Assembly: GCA_032249135.1 (NCBI GenBank)
Contig: JAVVGL010000002.1
Coordinates: 23,575 to 87,574 of the forward strand
Source: Candidatus Calescibacterium sp.
Lineage (GTDB): Bacteria; Calescibacteriota; Calescibacteriia; Calescibacteriales; Calescibacteriaceae
Length of the DNA: 64,000 nt
Direction of reading: 5' to 3'
Shown here: piece by piece, positions 59,366 through 64,000 of the stretch
Layout: every line of letters starts with the position of its first letter
How positions within the stretch are numbered: the stretch's first letter is position 1
The notes under the pieces: generated by a model
Told to the model about the DNA's origin: nothing
Databases searched by the model: none
The model's input: only the letters and a program-made list of their open reading frames with translations
Made by a program: the position numbers and the translations under genes

Positions 59366-60880
59366 ATGGCAACAAAATACCTCACCAAATTCTGGCGAAA
59401 ACTTTTCCTTCATAACAAAATATTCATTGGTCTGATAGCAGGAGCGATATTTGGAGCGGTTTTTAAGCAGGATCTCCGAAAATTAGAAATCATAATCAAA
59501 GAAGAAAAAACCGGTAAAAAGCAAAAGTTCGTGGTTGCAGGATGGGAAAAAGCAGAATTTATTTTAGGTGACTCAAAGATAGAGTTTTCAGAAAAAGACG
59601 GTACAATAAAAGTAATCAAATTTTTCCAAAACCTCCCTGATAAAGAAAAACTTGTAATAATTTTTCACAAAACAGGGAAAGCAGGAGAAGAAAGATTTGA
59701 GAGAGTAATTAGCATACAAAAAGTTGAAACTCCTGCTTCTGCAATAAAGCCAGTAGGAATCATTTTTGTGCGTCTTTTAGTTTTTATTGCTATTCCTCTG
59801 GTTATAGCTTCTTTGATTTCATCAATAGCAAGCATTGGAGATATGAAAATGTTCGGTCAAATAACAGTAAAAACACTAACTTACTATATTATAACAACAG
59901 TAATAGCAATTGCAATAGGTCTTATTTGTGTAAATTTAATAAAACCAGGACTTAAAATTTCCCCTGATATAAAAGATAAAATCGCATCAGAGTATCATGC
60001 TGAAATAAAAGAAAGGATAGGAGAAGAGGTCAGATTTGATTTGATTGATTTCATCTTGAATATAGTTCCAACAAATCCAATAAATGCAGCAGCAAGCGGA
60101 AATATGCTTCAGATAATATTTTTTGCCGTCGCCTTTGGTCTTGCTTTAACAAAAATTGACAAAAATAAATCAGAAGTTATTACAAAGTTTTTTGACGGTG
60201 TAAGCGATGCAACCATAAAGATAGTAAATATTGTTATGAAAATTGCTCCTTATGGAGTTTTCGCTCTAATCTCCGCAACCGTCGCAGAATTCGGACCCGA
60301 AATCATTTACACCATGATATGGTATATAGCTACTGTTCTTTTGGGTTTAGCAATTCATCTTTTCGGAACTTATTCTGTTTCTGTTAAAATTTTAGGAAAG
60401 GAAAATCCAATAAAATTTTTCAGAGGAATAAAAGAAGCACAAATTATTGCTTTCACCACAAGTTCAAGCGCTGCGACATTACCAGTAAATATTGAATGCA
60501 TGGAAAAAAATCTTGGAGTTCCAAAACAAATAGCAAACTTTGTATTACCTCTTGGTGCAACTGTGAACATGGACGGCACAGCGCTATATCAAGCAGTCGC
60601 AGCCGTATTTATAGCTCAAATATACGGAGTAGAAATTGGAATAGCTCAACAGCTTACAATAGTTCTAATTGCAACTTCCGCATCTGTTGGAACTGCCCCC
60701 GTTCCCGGAGCCGGAATAATCATGCTCGCTATAATTTTGAAATCAATAAGTGTCCCAGAAGAAGGAATAGCCCTAATACTCGGAGTTGATAGATTTCTTG
60801 ATATGTGCAGGACGGTTGTGAATGTCACAGGCGATGGAACAGCAGCACTTTTTATTGCAAGGAAAACAAGGAATAATTAA
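59366..60880 (+). CDS. Dicarboxylate/amino acid:cation symporter (GltP/GltT family)
   Basis: PTNP, TTSSSAATLP, GATVNMDGT, GTAPVPG, DRFLDMCRTVVNVTGD. Confidence 0.95.
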   Translation: MATKYLTKFWRKLFLHNKIFIGLIAGAIFGAVFKQDLRKLEIIIKEEKTGKKQKFVVAGWEKAEFILGDSKIEFSEKDGTIKVIKFFQNLPDKEKLVIIFHKTGKAGEERFERVISIQKVETPASAIKPVGIIFVRLLVFIAIPLVIASLISSIASIGDMKMFGQITVKTLTYYIITTVIAIAIGLICVNLIKPGLKISPDIKDKIASEYHAEIKERIGEEVRFDLIDFILNIVPTNPINAAASGNMLQIIFFAVAFGLALTKIDKNKSEVITKFFDGVSDATIKIVNIVMKIAPYGVFALISATVAEFGPEIIYTMIWYIATVLLGLAIHLFGTYSVSVKILGKENPIKFFRGIKEAQIIAFTTSSSAATLPVNIECMEKNLGVPKQIANFVLPLGATVNMDGTALYQAVAAVFIAQIYGVEIGIAQQLTIVLIATSASVGTAPVPGAGIIMLAIILKSISVPEEGIALILGVDRFLDMCRTVVNVTGDGTAALFIARKTRNN

Positions 60881-60955
60881 CGAACCAAAAATCAATCAGA
60901 CATGCATCAATCGTAAATACAGAAAATCTGAGATTTTCCATTTAATCGGTTGAGT

Positions 60956-60984
60956 TTGCAATAATGTATCAAAAAAGATAAAAT
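60956..60984 (+). promoter_or_regulatory. Sigma70-type promoter predicted to give a leaderless flhA mRNA
   Basis: TTGCAA-17 nt-TAAAAT, then 7 nt, then ATG at 60992; no SD. Confidence 0.6.
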
Positions 60985-60991
60985 TTTAGTT

Positions 60992-63067
60992 ATGAGGAGA
61001 GGAACAGATTTAATTGTTGCATTAGCTATATTTTCTATCTTGCTCATAATTCTTATACCACTACCATCGATCCTTATAGATTTTCTCATAATATTGAGCT
61101 TTTCAGCAGCTGTGATGATTTTATTTACATCACTTTACATAAGACAACCAATAGAATTTTCAATATACCCTACAATTTTGCTGATAGTAACTCTATATAG
61201 GCTATCTTTGAATGTAGCAACAACGAGGAGAATTTTAGCTCACGGTCACGAGTTCGCAACAGGGGAAATCACAGGGAAAGTATCTTTCATAATAGAATTT
61301 TTCGGAAATGTTGTTATGGCTGGGAATTTTGTAATTGGACTCATAATTTTCATAGTTTTAACAGTCATAAACCTTATTGTGATAACACGAGGAGCAGGAA
61401 GGATAGCTGAGGTTGCAGCAAGATTTACTCTTGATTCCCTCCCCGGAAAACAACTATCAATAGATGCAGACCTTAACGCAGGACTTATAACGGTAGAAGA
61501 AGCAAAAGAAAGAAGACAAAGGCTCACCCGTGAGGCAGATTTCTACGGCGCTATGGACGGAGCATCAAAATTCATAAGAGGAGAAGCAGTAGCTTCAATA
61601 ATAATATTGTTTGTAAATATAATCGGAGGAATAATAATAGGAACTTTACAAAAAGGATTATCTATTGGAACAGCACTTTCAACATTTACAAAACTCACAG
61701 TCGGTGATGGTCTCGTTGCTCAAATACCAGCTCTTATGGTATCAACATCAGCAGGAATAATAATTTCAAGGTCATCAGGTGAGATGGAATTTACACAAGA
61801 TATAACAAAACAATTCACAGCATATCCAAAGGCAGTTTTAGCTTCTGCGATAGTAATTGCAATGTTGGGACTTATAGTTATGAACTGGGCAACTCCGATT
61901 TTTCTTATGCTCGCAGGCGGGCTTTTAGCATACGCAATAAGAGCCATAAGAAAAGAAGAAGAGAGCAAAAAATTTGAGACGGTTCTCAAAGAACAAAAGT
62001 TAGCACAGGAACTCAAAATGAAACCAGAGGAAGAAGAAAGACAGCTTGAAACCATTTTACAACCAGATGTACTGGGGCTTGAAGTCGGCTATGCACTCGT
62101 CCCTTACGTTGATGAAACACAGAATGGAGAAGTCGTAAGAAGAATAAAAGGTTTGAGAAGAACTCTCGCAGAAGAAATGGGAATAATTTTGCCCCCAGTT
62201 CACATAAGAGATAACCTTTCACTTAAACCAAACGAATATGCAATAATTCTAAAAGGAGTTGAAATCATGAGAGGAGAAATAATCCCCGGAAAATATCTCG
62301 TTGTTGGAACAGAAAAACCAGATATAGAAGGAACACCAGCGAGAGACCCGGTATTTGGAGTTGAAACCGTTTGGATAGATGAATCTCAAAAACCCGAAGC
62401 TCTTGCAAAAGGATACACCGTTGTTGACCCAGCATCAGTAATAATAACTCACTTTTCAGAAATGGTAAGAAGAAACGCTCATGAAATACTCACAAGGCAA
62501 GATACTCAAAAACTTCTTGACATAACAAAGAAAAATTACCCTAAACTTGTAGAAGATGTAACAAACCTTGTATCGCTTTCTACAATTCACAGAGTTTTAC
62601 AGAACCTACTCAAAGAAGGAATTCCAATAAAAGACCTCATAACAATTCTTGAAGCGATTGGAGATTGGGGTGGAACTGTAAAAGATCCCGACCAGCTTAC
62701 AGAGTATGTAAGGCAAGCTCTGTGGAGACAAATTACAAAAATGTATGAAACAAATGGAGAAATAATAGCAATAAGTTTAGATCCACAAACAGAGGAGAAA
62801 ATATTAGAGGGTATAGAAGAAAAAGAAGGAGTAATAAAAATAAAAATTCCGCCACAATTTATCCAAAAGCTTATTAATTCAATAAGTGAGAATATCCAAA
62901 AATTCGTAAAGTATAAAGCTCAACCCATAGTAATTACATCACAGCAAACAAGGAGATTTGTAAAAAGAATGATTGAAAATTATTTCCCTATGGTTCCAGT
63001 AATTTCTTATCAGGAAATAGACCCAAAAATTAAAATAAGAATTCTCGGAATAATAAAATCTGAATAA
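60992..63067 (+). CDS. flhA: Flagellar biosynthesis protein FlhA
   Basis: RLSLNVATTR, RIAEVAARFTLD, PGKQ.SIDADL, FYGAMDGASKF, GDGLVAQIP. Confidence 0.97.
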   Translation: MRRGTDLIVALAIFSILLIILIPLPSILIDFLIILSFSAAVMILFTSLYIRQPIEFSIYPTILLIVTLYRLSLNVATTRRILAHGHEFATGEITGKVSFIIEFFGNVVMAGNFVIGLIIFIVLTVINLIVITRGAGRIAEVAARFTLDSLPGKQLSIDADLNAGLITVEEAKERRQRLTREADFYGAMDGASKFIRGEAVASIIILFVNIIGGIIIGTLQKGLSIGTALSTFTKLTVGDGLVAQIPALMVSTSAGIIISRSSGEMEFTQDITKQFTAYPKAVLASAIVIAMLGLIVMNWATPIFLMLAGGLLAYAIRAIRKEEESKKFETVLKEQKLAQELKMKPEEEERQLETILQPDVLGLEVGYALVPYVDETQNGEVVRRIKGLRRTLAEEMGIILPPVHIRDNLSLKPNEYAIILKGVEIMRGEIIPGKYLVVGTEKPDIEGTPARDPVFGVETVWIDESQKPEALAKGYTVVDPASVIITHFSEMVRRNAHEILTRQDTQKLLDITKKNYPKLVEDVTNLVSLSTIHRVLQNLLKEGIPIKDLITILEAIGDWGGTVKDPDQLTEYVRQALWRQITKMYETNGEIIAISLDPQTEEKILEGIEEKEGVIKIKIPPQFIQKLINSISENIQKFVKYKAQPIVITSQQTRRFVKRMIENYFPMVPVISYQEIDPKIKIRILGIIKSE

Positions 63068-63164
63068 CAAAATAGGGAAAAAGTAAATTTGAGAAAAGAA
63101 AATTTAAAAAAGAAGAATTTTTTTGATGACAAAGCAAAAGGAATAGAAAGAAAGAGTAAATAAG

Positions 63165-63719
63165 ATGAAAAAGCCGGAAAACATATTTACAGGGGCAAGA
63201 ATAGTAGGATCTTTTATAATGCCTTTTCTTCTTGTTGCAGATATTCCGAGATTGATACCATTCATATCCTACATAATATTTGCTCTGACGGATATCGTAG
63301 ATGGCTTCATTTCAAGAAGGAGAAAAAATGAAAAAAACAATTCAGATTCCTCGGGCGATATTTTAGACCCAGTTGCAGACAAAATGCTCTTTATTTCTTC
63401 GCTCATAACACTGATATATATTCAGAAAATCCCTTTATTTGTGTCAGTAATAATAACTTTAAGAGAAATTTTCATTTTGGGTTTAAGAGCAATTGCAGAA
63501 AGATACAAAATACACATAAAAAGCTCCCTTCTTGCAAAACTTAAAACATTCACAGGAAATGTTGCAGTATCAGCTTATATACTAAAAGATGAATACTTTG
63601 GAATATCGGCTCAAACCGTAGGAGATATTTTTATAATTTTATGCTTTATCTTATCTATAATAAGTGGAGCGGAATACATTACTTTCTTCCAAAAAGAAAA
63701 AAGAAAAATCTCAAAATAG
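63165..63719 (+). CDS. pgsA: CDP-alcohol phosphatidyltransferase (PgsA type)
   Basis: NIFTGAR, TDIVDGFISR, GDILDPVADK, REI, KLKT. Confidence 0.88.
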   Translation: MKKPENIFTGARIVGSFIMPFLLVADIPRLIPFISYIIFALTDIVDGFISRRRKNEKNNSDSSGDILDPVADKMLFISSLITLIYIQKIPLFVSVIITLREIFILGLRAIAERYKIHIKSSLLAKLKTFTGNVAVSAYILKDEYFGISAQTVGDIFIILCFILSIISGAEYITFFQKEKRKISK

Positions 63720-63739
63720 TTTATCTTTACACATCAGAA

Positions 63740-64000
63740 TTATATCAGATATAATTTAGTTACTCTTGGGTCAATTATTACATCTTCTTTTTCAAAATCA
63801 AGTTTTAATCTCCATGCTTGCATAGTCTTTGCTCCAATTATCACTTTTTCTGAAAGATTTTCAAGCACCATAAACTCATCTGAAAACCTGTAACCATCAA
63901 TATAAAATGTGAGTGGTATGCGGCTTTTGACTTCCATCTTCCTCCCTTTTTCAGCAGTGTATAATTCAAAAGGTTCTAATAAACTCACTATTCCACCTAA
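63740..64000 (-). CDS. Retropepsin-like aspartic protease, C-terminal part (5' end outside window)
   Basis: Frame open to the window edge; VIIGAKTMQAWRLKLD resembles the retropepsin-like C-terminal motif; the DTG motif is not visible. Confidence 0.55.
   Translation of the reverse strand, partial: LGGIVSLLEPFELYTAEKGRKMEVKSRIPLTFYIDGYRFSDEFMVLENLSEKVIIGAKTMQAWRLKLDFEKEDVIIDPRVTKLYLI

Noticed and set aside
732..62222. Many 60-170 aa antisense or alternate-frame ORFs rich in F/S/L/I
   Set aside because: Expected shadows of purine-rich coding strands, with no motifs or RBS

Overview
AT-rich (roughly 30-35% GC by eye), purine-loaded chromosome segment from a diderm, flagellated and probably thermophilic bacterium. 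Thermophily is inferred from Glu/Lys-rich proteins, a protein disulfide oxidoreductase, a THEP1-type NTPase and archaemetzincin. The window has about 60 mostly housekeeping genes, and most canonical operons are broken up: dcw genes, flagellar genes, nuoB vs nuoCD, rpmI, leuD, purQ, pntA and parA. It holds two tRNAs (Arg-GCG, Asn-GTT). I found no CRISPR array, rRNA or intact mobile element. Main observations: (1) two disabled Rpn-family nuclease paralogues, one with an in-frame amber codon but an intact internal SD/ATG for a putative RpnS-like antitoxin, the other with its nuclease core deleted; (2) recurring 11-22 bp tandem duplications on or beside gene termini; (3) a leaderless-promoter signature (TAAAAT 6-8 nt before ATG); (4) tRNA-Arg(GCG) followed 6 nt later by an ArsA/Get3-like gene; (5) a perfect CRP/Rex-type palindrome, together with an adenylate cyclase and a cNMP-binding protein; (6) unusual fusions (exported DUF151 nuclease-PDZ, NTPase-HAD); (7) several gene relics missed by the ORF track. 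All family calls come from motif recognition by eye; no searches were run.
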